Origin: a virus
IMG/VR virus record: IMGVR_UViG_3300033146_001917
Location: 1 to 64,000 of that record
Direction: 5' to 3' (one strand)
DNA: 64,000 bases
Below the pieces are notes generated by a model. That model did no database searches and had not been told where the DNA came from. It was given only the letters and a program-made list of their open reading frames with translations. Position 1 is the first letter of the stretch, and each line of letters begins with the position of its first letter. Positions 37,007 to 46,697 of the stretch are shown piece by piece. Made by a program: the position numbers and the translations under genes.

Positions 37007-40000
37007 AGGGGTTACGTGATAAACAACTAGATAATAAACCAGAGTATGTAAGTAGATTAGACTACGAAATTAAAGTAATTACTAAACTAGGATTCGCTGG
37101 CTACTTTTTACTATTTAGAGATATTATTAATTGGGCACGCGAAAATAATATTTTCGTAGGTCCTGGGCGCGGTAGTGCTGCGGGTGCGCTTACATCATAT
37201 TGTTTAGGTATTACAAACTTAGATCCTATCAAATTAGGTTTACTATTTGAACGTTTTTTAAATCCAGATCGTCTTGGGTCTCCATATATATCAACAACTC
37301 AATTATCATTCGATGAATTTACGAATACAATATTGCCACAATTTACTGAAGATGTATTAATTTCAGACAATGAATTAGAATCAATGTGTGAAAAACCAGG
37401 ATTCTATGAAGAAGCACAGATAGAATTCTCTGGTTTAACACAAGACAAGAAAAAATACATCTCATATTTAAAGCAACAAGGTATAAAATATGACAATCCA
37501 GATAATTCTCATTTACTATATGCTATTGGGTGTACTGATGATCCTCCAATTGGATATGTGACACGTATAGGTGGTGCTGGATTATGTGATATAGATGTTG
37601 ATTTTGAAGAACGTTATCGTTCTAAAGTTATACAACATGTACAGGAAGTGTTTGGTACTGATCGTGTTGTACACATTGGTACATTTGGAAAACAGAGAGC
37701 CAAGGCAGCTATTAAATCAGTAGCAAAAAGTCTAGGTTACCCCTATGTTATTGGAGATGATCTAACAAAATTACTATTAGAACCAGTTCATGGTAAACCA
37801 CAATCCATTTCTGATTCAATCACCAAAGTAAAAAAATTACAAACATATATGGCCAGTGAAGTACCACAACGTGAAATACTTCAGTGGGCTCAAAAAATAG
37901 AAAATCATATTAATAATGTAGGAGTGCATGCTTCTGGAATTATTATTGCTAATCAGTCACTTCTAGACACTGTGCCATTATTTGTAGACAAAGAAGGCGG
38001 ATTGGCTACCCAATGGGACATGGGTAATATAGAAGAAACAGGACTTATTAAGTTTGATTTTTTAGGTTTGGATGCACTTACTAAAATACACACTTGCATA
38101 GATCTCGTTAAAGAACTTCGTGATATAACAATAAACATAGATAAAATTCCATTAGATGATGATTCGGTATTTTTACGTCTACGTCAGGGTGACTCGGTTG
38201 GTATATTCCAATTAGAAGCATCAGGTGGAATGAGAGATTTATCTATGCAGATTCGACCTGCACAATTTGAGGATCTAATAGCTCTTATAGCTATTTATCG
38301 TCCTGGTCCTTTATCATCTTCATATAAACAAATATATTTAGATGCACGAGCCGGAAATAGAGAACCTGAGTATCTAGTACCTGAGCTAGAGCCTATTTTA
38401 GGAGAAACTGCAGGGTGGTGTATTTACCAAGACGAACTTGTTCATACACCAAATGGTAAAGTAAAAATACATACATTAAAAGATAAAGATATTATCTTGA
38501 ATGGTGAATACAAACCTACAACTATAAAACATATCTGGAATTCTGGTACTAAAAACGTAATAAGATATGACTTTGATAATAATTCCAACATAGCGTGTAC
38601 TGCTGATCATCCTGTAAAAACTATTACTGGATATCTACCCATAAGTAAAACACCTAGTGTAATTAGATATCGTAATAAACAATTAGAGATAATTGATATC
38701 AATATAGGTATCAATGAAGCATGGATATTAGGAATGGTATTAGGAGATGGATGCACTACAGATTCTTCTCCCACTATAGCTACAGACACATTAATCAATG
38801 CTGATATTATTAAAGATACATTACAGCAAGTCTTCCCCGAATTAATAACAAAAAAGTTTTTTGCTACTCGTGCATGGTATGTAGGTGCAAAAAGACAACA
38901 AGGAGTGTACAAAAATAAATTTAATACCTGGTTACGTAGGTATAATCTATTCAATATAAAAGCTAATAAGAAGCAAATTCCAGATATATTTTTTAAGGCC
39001 AATAGTAAATTAATAGATAGCTTATTGGCAGGACTTTGGGATAGCGATGGATGTATTCATCAGCATGGTATGTTTTATACATCTACTAGTACTGTGTTAC
39101 TAGATCAAATGTCTATATTATTAGATTTTAGATATATTACATATTATAGAACTAATAATAGGATTTATATTCGTGATACCGAGTTATTTGCATCTTGTTT
39201 AGCTCCATATCTTAAATTGAAAACAGTTAATAATATAAATTTATCAATAACTGGTGGCTTAATTGTTAGTAGGCAATATCTTAGAAACTTAATTGATAAG
39301 TATCGACAAGCTACAGGGTTGTCCATAAAGCAAGAATGTGTATCTAGAGGTATAAGTAATTCATCTTATTTTGAATCTACGAATGCAAAACTAAGTACTA
39401 TAATAAAAGCTTTTCCAGAAGAACATATAATAGAAAATTTTATTCGCGGGGAAGTGTCCTTACATAATATAACAGAAGAATCACTAGTAGGAAAATACGA
39501 CGTATACGATATTGAAGTAGATGGTGATGAACATAGCTTTATTGTGGGGTCTGGAGATGGGATTATAGTCCATAATTGTATCTACCAAGAACAAGTCATG
39601 GAAATCAGCAAACAACTGTGTGGGTATACAGGTGGTGAAGCTGATGAAATGAGAAAGGCTATTGGTAAAAAGAAACAAGCCTTAATGGACAAACATAAAC
39701 CTAAATTTATGAATGGTTGGGTAAAGCATGGGTTACCTGAACATAAAGCTGAAACTATGTGGGATACTATTGTAGGATTTTCAGCATATGGGTTTAATAA
39801 AACACTGGACAAAGATACACAAATTGCCACAATAAATGGTGTTAAAAGAATAGAGGACTGTTCTGAGCGAGACACTATTTATACATTAGATTCTGCAGGT
39901 AACACAGTTGAATCACATGTTGTAGCCTTACACGATCATGGAATTGTACCTCTATGGGAGATAGAATTCGATGACGGAACAACTGAACAATGTACACTTG

Positions 40001-41694
40001 ACCACAAATGGGCAACAGAGTGGGGACAACAGCCACTCTGGAGAATCCTTAACTTGGACTGCAAAGTGTGGGGCAAAATCCCATTCACGACAAGCAAGTC
40101 CGAAACTATCAAAAATGGAAGAGAGGAAACAAGTAGGCTTCATCAACAAACAACTCAAGATAGCAATAGAAATCGATGGACCATGGCACTTTTTTCCGGT
40201 TCATGGAGAAAATATACTACAGAGAACTCAGACAAGAGACAGATCGATGGAGAACTTCAGATCGTCAGGAGAGCTTATCAAGATATCATTGATATACCTC
40301 TACAAAATGTTCAAAGATCCACACCTCCCACCAATTGTATATGTAGGGGAATTGTACGAATCTCTTATGTTGGATTACGGCGAGGATATGATCTTGAGGT
40401 AGACCATCCCTCGCATAACTTTTTATTAGCGTCTGGTTTATGTTGCAGTAATAGCCATGCAGCTGCTTACGCATTGATTACTTACCAGACAGCATATTTA
40501 AAAGCACACTATACCGTAGAGTACATGTGTGCATGTATGATTAGTAATGCAGGTAATACAGATCAAATGATTAAGTTATTAGCTGAATGTAAGGCTATTG
40601 ATATACAAGTATTGCCTCCAGATATAAATAAGAGTAGGGAATCGTTTCATATTGATGATGGTGCAATACGATTTGGTCTCGGTCCTATAAAGAATTTAGG
40701 TTTGTCTCCTGTACAATCAATAATAAAAGAACGCCACCGCAGAAAATTTAAAAGCTTACGAGATTTTTGCGAGCGTATTGATCTGGCTATAATTAATAGG
40801 CGCAAACTAGAAGCATTGATTTCTTCAGGATCATTTGACAATATCGGTGCTAATCGTGCTACTATGCTAAATGCAGTAGATAAAATATGGGAGTATAACA
40901 AAGAGTTAAAAAAATATAATAAAAAGATTATTACATATCGAGCTAAAATAGATCAGGTAGCACAAAGGTTAGAAGACATAGAAAATGGTGTCTTATCATC
41001 TAAAGGGAAAAAACTTAGTCGTCTCAAAATGCCTGCTCCTGTCCTTGAACCAGAATGGCCAACAATTTTAGTTCAAGACGAAATGTCCGATACAGAAATA
41101 CAGAAAACAGAACACCAATTATTAGGTTTTTATGTTTCGTCACACCCAATGGAACAATTTTATTCTAAATTTGGTAAGCACAAACTTGGAATAGATTCTG
41201 TAATGAAAGCAGAACATAAATCTAAAATATCTTTTGCTGCAGTAGTTACTCGTATTCAAATAATAACTACTAAATCAAAAAAGAAAATGGCATTTATAAC
41301 ATTAGAAGATCTAACTAATAGTTTAGAGGGTGTGCTATTTACTGGACCATATACTAAATATGAATCTATTTTAGAAGAAGGTACAGTTTATACTATTGAC
41401 GGAACAGTAGAACAAGTTGAAGTTGATGATGCAAAAAGTACAAAAGTAATTATATGGAAAATGCATCCTATTGTTTTAGACCAAGATAGACAAGAGAATA
41501 TATACGTAGAAGTACCAGTTGAAAGTCTAGAAGTATATCTACAAATCCTAGATAAGTATGCTGGTGAATTGCATAGAATTAATACCACACTTGTAAGTTT
41601 AGATAACACTAGATTTCGGTTTGAATCACCACGCAAGATTGGAAATTTTCTAGGAGCATTTATGGTAGAGGTACCAAGTGTCAAAACAAGATAA
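36961..41694 (+). CDS. dnaE: DNA polymerase III alpha catalytic part with two inteins
   Basis: GPGRGSAAG, FERFLNP, DIDVDF, HASG, KFDFLGL, YRPGP, YQEQ, FNK/SHA and a C-terminal OB fold; GTG start with AAGGA RBS. Confidence 0.92.
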   Translation: MANSELNDYFRYKCLKGLRDKQLDNKPEYVSRLDYEIKVITKLGFAGYFLLFRDIINWARENNIFVGPGRGSAAGALTSYCLGITNLDPIKLGLLFERFLNPDRLGSPYISTTQLSFDEFTNTILPQFTEDVLISDNELESMCEKPGFYEEAQIEFSGLTQDKKKYISYLKQQGIKYDNPDNSHLLYAIGCTDDPPIGYVTRIGGAGLCDIDVDFEERYRSKVIQHVQEVFGTDRVVHIGTFGKQRAKAAIKSVAKSLGYPYVIGDDLTKLLLEPVHGKPQSISDSITKVKKLQTYMASEVPQREILQWAQKIENHINNVGVHASGIIIANQSLLDTVPLFVDKEGGLATQWDMGNIEETGLIKFDFLGLDALTKIHTCIDLVKELRDITINIDKIPLDDDSVFLRLRQGDSVGIFQLEASGGMRDLSMQIRPAQFEDLIALIAIYRPGPLSSSYKQIYLDARAGNREPEYLVPELEPILGETAGWCIYQDELVHTPNGKVKIHTLKDKDIILNGEYKPTTIKHIWNSGTKNVIRYDFDNNSNIACTADHPVKTITGYLPISKTPSVIRYRNKQLEIIDINIGINEAWILGMVLGDGCTTDSSPTIATDTLINADIIKDTLQQVFPELITKKFFATRAWYVGAKRQQGVYKNKFNTWLRRYNLFNIKANKKQIPDIFFKANSKLIDSLLAGLWDSDGCIHQHGMFYTSTSTVLLDQMSILLDFRYITYYRTNNRIYIRDTELFASCLAPYLKLKTVNNINLSITGGLIVSRQYLRNLIDKYRQATGLSIKQECVSRGISNSSYFESTNAKLSTIIKAFPEEHIIENFIRGEVSLHNITEESLVGKYDVYDIEVDGDEHSFIVGSGDGIIVHNCIYQEQVMEISKQLCGYTGGEADEMRKAIGKKKQALMDKHKPKFMNGWVKHGLPEHKAETMWDTIVGFSAYGFNKTLDKDTQIATINGVKRIEDCSERDTIYTLDSAGNTVESHVVALHDHGIVPLWEIEFDDGTTEQCTLDHKWATEWGQQPLWRILNLDCKVWGKIPFTTSKSETIKNGREETSRLHQQTTQDSNRNRWTMALFSGSWRKYTTENSDKRQIDGELQIVRRAYQDIIDIPLQNVQRSTPPTNCICRGIVRISYVGLRRGYDLEVDHPSHNFLLASGLCCSNSHAAAYALITYQTAYLKAHYTVEYMCACMISNAGNTDQMIKLLAECKAIDIQVLPPDINKSRESFHIDDGAIRFGLGPIKNLGLSPVQSIIKERHRRKFKSLRDFCERIDLAIINRRKLEALISSGSFDNIGANRATMLNAVDKIWEYNKELKKYNKKIITYRAKIDQVAQRLEDIENGVLSSKGKKLSRLKMPAPVLEPEWPTILVQDEMSDTEIQKTEHQLLGFYVSSHPMEQFYSKFGKHKLGIDSVMKAEHKSKISFAAVVTRIQIITTKSKKKMAFITLEDLTNSLEGVLFTGPYTKYESILEEGTVYTIDGTVEQVEVDDAKSTKVIIWKMHPIVLDQDRQENIYVEVPVESLEVYLQILDKYAGELHRINTTLVSLDNTRFRFESPRKIGNFLGAFMVEVPSVKTR
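38419..39576 (+). mobile_element. intein 1 in DnaE (386 aa) with LAGLIDADG homing endonuclease
   Basis: C1; CTADHP; LGMVLGDG; LAGLWDSDG; VYDIEV; IVHN|C. Confidence 0.9.
39802..40452 (+). mobile_element. intein 2 in DnaE (217 aa; Thr1, ends Ser-Asn)
   Basis: GFNK|TLDKDTQI...CTLDHKW...GYDLEVDHPSHNFLLASGLCCSN|SHA. Confidence 0.85.
40115..40402 (+). pseudogene. Vsr/DUF559-like endonuclease relic in the +1 frame inside intein 2
   Basis: LKIAIEIDGPWHF...QTRDR in the alternative frame (ORF 39971-40402). Confidence 0.6.
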
Positions 41695-41842
41695 CGCATT
41701 AGTGCATATTGGAATAGGAATAGCAATAGGTGGTAGCGCACTTTGGATGTTAACACAGTTCTGGCCTATATTACTTATAGGTGGGGGACTAGCGTTAGCT
41801 ATAAATAATACGGAGAAGGAAACTCATGTCCACGTGGAATAG
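41678..41842 (+). CDS. 54-aa two-TM membrane protein
   Basis: GAGG RBS, GTG start; IGIGIAIGGSALW...WPILLIGGGLAL; fills the gap after dnaE. Confidence 0.55.
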   Translation: MSKQDNALVHIGIGIAIGGSALWMLTQFWPILLIGGGLALAINNTEKETHVHVE

Positions 41843-42944
41843 AGAGGAATCAGATTTTATACAACGGAATATACATTTAAGACCCATACAAATAGCTAGG
41901 CTATTTAGCGAAGAGTTTCCTGGTTCATCCAGAAGTTACGATTCTATTCAAAAGAGAGTCCAACGTATACAACAGATAGTAGAGCTAGAGTTTGAAACTG
42001 ATGATCTCGTACAAGAACGAGTCTCAACTGAAACAAAACATAATTCAATAGAACGAACAAGGAATTGGTTAAATGATATTATTGAATATACTAAACAATC
42101 TCCTGTTGTACCTAGCTTTGGTCCCATTGAATCAGATAATTCATCGTTGGTAATTCAATTATCTGATCTGCATTTTGGAAAAAGTACACAATATTTTGAT
42201 CTTGATATAGCATCTGAACGATTGCTTAGTATGGTTAACGAGATATATGAGAGAATACAAAATATACAGATAGATGAAATAATTGTAGTTCTAATTGGAG
42301 ATTTAGTAGAAGGAGAAGATATTTTTGCTTCTCAAGCTACTAAATTAACATGTTCTGTTATTGAACAGACAGAAGCATGTACTAAAAGTTTATGGAAGAT
42401 GCTCACCGCCTTGGAAAAATTATTTGAAGTTCCTATAAGGGTAGAACACGTACCAGGTAATCATGGTCGGATGAGTAAAACAGCATCTGAAGTAACTAAC
42501 TGGGATAATGTTATTTGTAATAATCTTTATCTCTTAAGTTCATTAACAGATAACAAGATACACATTAAAAAGAACTACAAAAAATTCAATACATTCAAGG
42601 TCAAAGACAAGATCGGCGGCATGTGTCATGAAGGTGTGCGTCATACAGGTACTCCTGCAACACAAATTAAGATCGCTGGTTGGATTGTTGGAAAGTCTCT
42701 CGATTTCTTGCTACATGGTCACTATCACGAATGGAGTATCGGTGGTTGGTTAGGCAATTTAGTATTAGCGAATGGCTCTCTCTGCGGTCCAGATGACCTG
42801 GCAGAACGCATGGGAAATGAAGGAATTGCTCGTCAAGGGTATTTCTTGGTTACCCCAGGCAAACCTTTATGGGGGTTCGGTTTTATCGAATGGCCTCATA
42901 TTAATACTAATGAACTTTTTACTCGTAAAGAAAAGCGGAAATAA
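41826..42944 (+). CDS. metallophosphoesterase / nuclease with N-terminal helical domain
   Basis: SDLHFG, GDLVEG, PGNHGR and GHYH motifs. Confidence 0.85.
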   Translation: MSTWNREESDFIQRNIHLRPIQIARLFSEEFPGSSRSYDSIQKRVQRIQQIVELEFETDDLVQERVSTETKHNSIERTRNWLNDIIEYTKQSPVVPSFGPIESDNSSLVIQLSDLHFGKSTQYFDLDIASERLLSMVNEIYERIQNIQIDEIIVVLIGDLVEGEDIFASQATKLTCSVIEQTEACTKSLWKMLTALEKLFEVPIRVEHVPGNHGRMSKTASEVTNWDNVICNNLYLLSSLTDNKIHIKKNYKKFNTFKVKDKIGGMCHEGVRHTGTPATQIKIAGWIVGKSLDFLLHGHYHEWSIGGWLGNLVLANGSLCGPDDLAERMGNEGIARQGYFLVTPGKPLWGFGFIEWPHINTNELFTRKEKRK

Positions 42945-43656
42945 AAAAACAGGAAAGATTCCTACTACAATTAGTTCCCAGACTACATGTCCATCGACAT
43001 GTCCACTTAAAAACTCTGGCTGTTATGCAGAACTAGGTCATCTAGCGATGCATTGGAACAGAATAAGTAGTAAAAATGATTATACTTTTGTTAATATGTT
43101 AGATGACATAAAACAATTTAAAGATGGACAGCTTTGGCGTCATAATGTTGCTGGTGATTTAAAACCATATGCAAAATACAAAAACAGAATTGTTAAATCT
43201 AGTTTAGAAGCTCTTGTAAAAGCTAATACTGGTAAACGTGGGTTCACGTATACACATTATCCAGTATTAACTCACAAAGATGCACGATGGAATAGAGAAT
43301 TAATTGCTAAAGCAAACAAAGATGGATTTACAATAAACTTATCTGCTGATAATTCAACACATGCAGATAAGCTAGCTGAATTAGGGATAGCTCCAATAGT
43401 AACTATACTTCCTAGTCATTATATAGACAGGAAGACAACAAAGACACCCGCCGGAAGAAAAATATTAGTTTGCCCTGCTACTAATACAGAAGGAGTCACA
43501 TGTAAAACATGTGGGCTTTGTCAGGTAGCTAATCGAAAAACAATTATTGGTTTCCCTGCTCATGGTAGTAGGACACGTATGGTGAATCGTATGCTAGCAA
43601 GTATGGAGAATGCAAATGAAAAATCATCAGATAGTTCTGTGCAGCGAATGTGCTAG
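42910..43656 (+). CDS. Cys-rich phage protein (Fe-S / radical-SAM-related)
   Basis: SGNKKTG, TCPSTCPL..GCYA, RHNVAGD, YTH, CPA...CKTCGLC, FPAHG; start placed at ATG 42910. Confidence 0.6.
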   Translation: MNFLLVKKSGNKKTGKIPTTISSQTTCPSTCPLKNSGCYAELGHLAMHWNRISSKNDYTFVNMLDDIKQFKDGQLWRHNVAGDLKPYAKYKNRIVKSSLEALVKANTGKRGFTYTHYPVLTHKDARWNRELIAKANKDGFTINLSADNSTHADKLAELGIAPIVTILPSHYIDRKTTKTPAGRKILVCPATNTEGVTCKTCGLCQVANRKTIIGFPAHGSRTRMVNRMLASMENANEKSSDSSVQRMC

Positions 43657-43849
43657 TCCAGATATTCAATTATCAGCTTGGATCGAAGCCAATACAGATA
43701 AAGTAATGTGTCTTGGATATGATGGTCCGGTTACTTTAGCATATTGTCCTAATTGTGATCAACATGTGAAATGGACCGAAATATCTATTGAAGCAAATAC
43801 CAATGAAGAAGCGTTAGAGATTTATAGACGGAGTATGGAATGCAAATAG
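43610..43849 (+). CDS. Zn-ribbon protein
   Basis: CSEC...CPNC. Confidence 0.55.
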   Translation: MQMKNHQIVLCSECASPDIQLSAWIEANTDKVMCLGYDGPVTLAYCPNCDQHVKWTEISIEANTNEEALEIYRRSMECK

Positions 43850-44511
43850 AGAATATAGAAGTATATGGTTTTCGTCGGGCACTACATGGTATGCGTAACC
43901 CTATGAATTCATGGTCTAAAAGTGATACCACATATACAGATATACACCATGTAAATAATGCATTAATGCTTGACGGTGTTCAGATTGGTCCAAAAGACAT
44001 GAGGCTAGCATGTAGTCTAATTAAAGCTGGACCTGAACACCGTAAGTTTTTGAGACAAATAATTATTTGGGCGGATATGTCTCTTCCTAGATATATTTGG
44101 ACAGAGTTAGATACATACAAAGTAGCTACTGTCAGAAACTCATGTTCTACAATGCATAAATTAGGACATAGAGATCTAACTCAAGATGATTTCCAATATC
44201 CTATACCAGATACAACATTAATATATCTAAATAAACTTGGAACAGAATTTCGCAATGCTGGTTTACTGCGAGATCATGAAAAGCAAAATATAATTAGAGC
44301 AGAATATAAAAATAACCTTCCAGAAGGTTTCCTACAAATGGCAACATATATGATGAGTTATGAAACTGCTTTTTCAATGTATTTCCAAAGGAAAAATCAT
44401 CGTCTTAGAGAATGGACAGATGAAGATACTGGGATAACTTCAATGATATCCAATTTACCCTACATGAAAGATTTCATAGAGGCTACTAATGGAACCACAT
44501 CGCAAAACTAG
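43840..44511 (+). CDS. ThyX-like (flavin-dependent thymidylate synthase-related) protein
   Basis: GMRNPMNSW, HRKFLRQ, ELDTYK, NSCSTMH and QRKNHRLREW; next to dCMP deaminase. Confidence 0.6.
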   Translation: MQIENIEVYGFRRALHGMRNPMNSWSKSDTTYTDIHHVNNALMLDGVQIGPKDMRLACSLIKAGPEHRKFLRQIIIWADMSLPRYIWTELDTYKVATVRNSCSTMHKLGHRDLTQDDFQYPIPDTTLIYLNKLGTEFRNAGLLRDHEKQNIIRAEYKNNLPEGFLQMATYMMSYETAFSMYFQRKNHRLREWTDEDTGITSMISNLPYMKDFIEATNGTTSQN

Positions 44512-44998
44512 ATTAGACTGGGATAGCCATGGAATGTTGATTGCTATAATAACATCACAGCGCAGTCCAGATCCAAATACACAAGTAGGGGCATACATTT
44601 GTGACAAGTATAGAAGAACGATAAGTACAGGATACAATGGTACACCACGTAATATTAATCCAAGAACTACACCATGGAATAGAACTGCAAATAATAAATA
44701 TGACACAAAATATCCATACGTAGTTCACGCCGAACTAAATGCGATTATAAATGCTACTCGAGATCTAAAAGATGCTACACTTTATTGCACACTTCATCCA
44801 TGTAGTGAATGCGCAAAAAGTATTATGCAAGCTGGGATACGAGAAGTTATCTATTTAAATAATTATCATGAAGATAGCTGGCAAGCAGACATAGAATTTA
44901 GTAATAAACTAATGAAAAGTGCAGATTTAATTGTACGTGATATGAAAATTCCGAATGAACATCTACAACTATTGCAACATACTCTAAAAATAATATAG
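44489..44998 (+). CDS. dCMP deaminase
   Basis: RSPDPNTQVGA, GYNG, HAELNA and PCSEC. Confidence 0.93.
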   Translation: MEPHRKTRLDWDSHGMLIAIITSQRSPDPNTQVGAYICDKYRRTISTGYNGTPRNINPRTTPWNRTANNKYDTKYPYVVHAELNAIINATRDLKDATLYCTLHPCSECAKSIMQAGIREVIYLNNYHEDSWQADIEFSNKLMKSADLIVRDMKIPNEHLQLLQHTLKII

Positions 44999-45391
44999 AT
45001 GTTATCTAAAATAGATATTTATAGTCAAATAATAGCTAGTGAAAAGACATGCACTATAGCTTATTATAATAGTACAGAAACACATCAATGTACAATTAAT
45101 AAATTTAAGCTTATAAATTATTTCAACGATGAAGCATTTATATTAGCTACTGGTGAAGTAGATCATAATTTTTGGAACTTTCATATAAACATTCGAATAC
45201 AGAATTCTAATCCATTATATACAATACTTTACAATAATTTAGATATCATCATTAATAATGTAACTATAAATATAAGTGCAATAGGTTTAGTTGATATCTT
45301 AATTGATCCAAATGAGTTATCTGAATCAATGATACTTAAACGACGTAATAAACTATATAGATTTACTAGAATTCTATTAGAAGATAATTAG
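44999..45391 (+). CDS. hypothetical protein
   Basis: 130 aa ORF. Confidence 0.5.
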   Translation: MLSKIDIYSQIIASEKTCTIAYYNSTETHQCTINKFKLINYFNDEAFILATGEVDHNFWNFHINIRIQNSNPLYTILYNNLDIIINNVTINISAIGLVDILIDPNELSESMILKRRNKLYRFTRILLEDN

Positions 45392-45455
45392 AGATCAGGT
45401 ATACTCTTGTTGAAGATAGGATGCTAAAATACTACCTATCTTTCTTGGAGCAATT

Positions 45456-46325
45456 ATGGAAGCATATACTGGTATACAAGTTGTTAGTGTTAATACCGAC
45501 AAGATAAATCAATTATATAAAGAAAAATATTTAGATATATTACCAGACTTTAGTATATCTAAGAATTTCTGGCAGAATGAGTATGTTGTTATTAAAGATA
45601 ATTCTGGACTTAGCAAATCAGCTCTTACACGACATCAAGGAACTAGATTGCAGTTACTGGATTTACCAAAGGATTTAAAAATCAGTGGCGTCCGTCCAAA
45701 AAATAAAGAACAATGGATGGCATTTGATGCGCTACTGGATGACAGTGTACGAGTTGTAACTCTCACAGGGAAAGCAGGAACAGGAAAGACATTGCTCTCA
45801 CTTGCTGCTGCTCTTCACTTGTTTGAGACGTCAGAAAGTTACAATAAAATAATCCTTACACGCCCAATGTCTTGGGTAGGAAAACATGGTTTAGGTTCGC
45901 TACCAGGTGATGTTGAGGATAAATTCAACCCTTATTTACAGAACTATATGTGTAACATAGAGCATCTACTTGGTGGAAAAAAGTCAATTATGGATTTAAT
46001 TAAACAATACAATGTTGAATTTATCCCTATTCAATTAATTAGAGGAGCTTCATGGGCCAATGCAATAATCTTAGCTGATGAGGTACAAGTGCTTGGCTAT
46101 GACGAAATGGTGGCACTAGGTACTAGAGTTGGTCATGATAGTAAAATGATTATTATGGGAGATTTAGCACAAAGAGATGAAAAGATCGCCCGCGATAAAA
46201 CAGGAATTCATAAATTTGTAAATGATGATCGAGTAAAACGTAGTACATTTACTGCCTCAATCGATCTAATTAAATCTGAGCGTAGCGAAATAGCTGCACT
46301 CTTTGCTGAAGTATTTGAAAGGTAA
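45456..46325 (+). CDS. phoH: PhoH-family ATPase
   Basis: GKAGTGKT, LPGDVEDK, IRGAS, DEVQ, TRVG and GDLAQ. Confidence 0.9.
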   Translation: MEAYTGIQVVSVNTDKINQLYKEKYLDILPDFSISKNFWQNEYVVIKDNSGLSKSALTRHQGTRLQLLDLPKDLKISGVRPKNKEQWMAFDALLDDSVRVVTLTGKAGTGKTLLSLAAALHLFETSESYNKIILTRPMSWVGKHGLGSLPGDVEDKFNPYLQNYMCNIEHLLGGKKSIMDLIKQYNVEFIPIQLIRGASWANAIILADEVQVLGYDEMVALGTRVGHDSKMIIMGDLAQRDEKIARDKTGIHKFVNDDRVKRSTFTASIDLIKSERSEIAALFAEVFER

Positions 46326-46328
46326 TAT

Positions 46329-46697
46329 ATGTTTAATACAGTACAAACTCCAGGTGATATATTAGATAGAATATCTATTCTAATTAGAAAAATAGATCTA
46401 AGCAATTCAAAAATGATACCACTTAGTGAACTTAGTGAGGTACTTACATCCTTTTTATTAGAAGTAAACAAAGGGTATCTACGAGATATTGAACCATTGT
46501 TCCATGATTTACATGAAGCTAATACTAAGCTATGGAATGCTGAAGCACTTATACGCAGTATGGACAGCGATAATGAACGTAGGCTCAATGTAATTGAGGA
46601 AATTCATATTTGGAACGCTAAACGTGCCAAGATTAAACAAGAATTAAACCGATTACTATTGTCCGACATATCAGAAGTGAAAGATTATAGTTTGTGA
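46329..46697 (+). CDS. DUF6165-like helical protein
   Basis: PGDILDRISIL...N.KLW..E..IR...N..RA.IK...EVKDY. Confidence 0.55.
   Translation: MFNTVQTPGDILDRISILIRKIDLSNSKMIPLSELSEVLTSFLLEVNKGYLRDIEPLFHDLHEANTKLWNAEALIRSMDSDNERRLNVIEEIHIWNAKRAKIKQELNRLLLSDISEVKDYSL

Noticed and set aside
39802-40452. Class 3 intein
   Set aside because: The block B Trp is present, but block F has Asp rather than the catalytic Cys and the block G Thr is absent.
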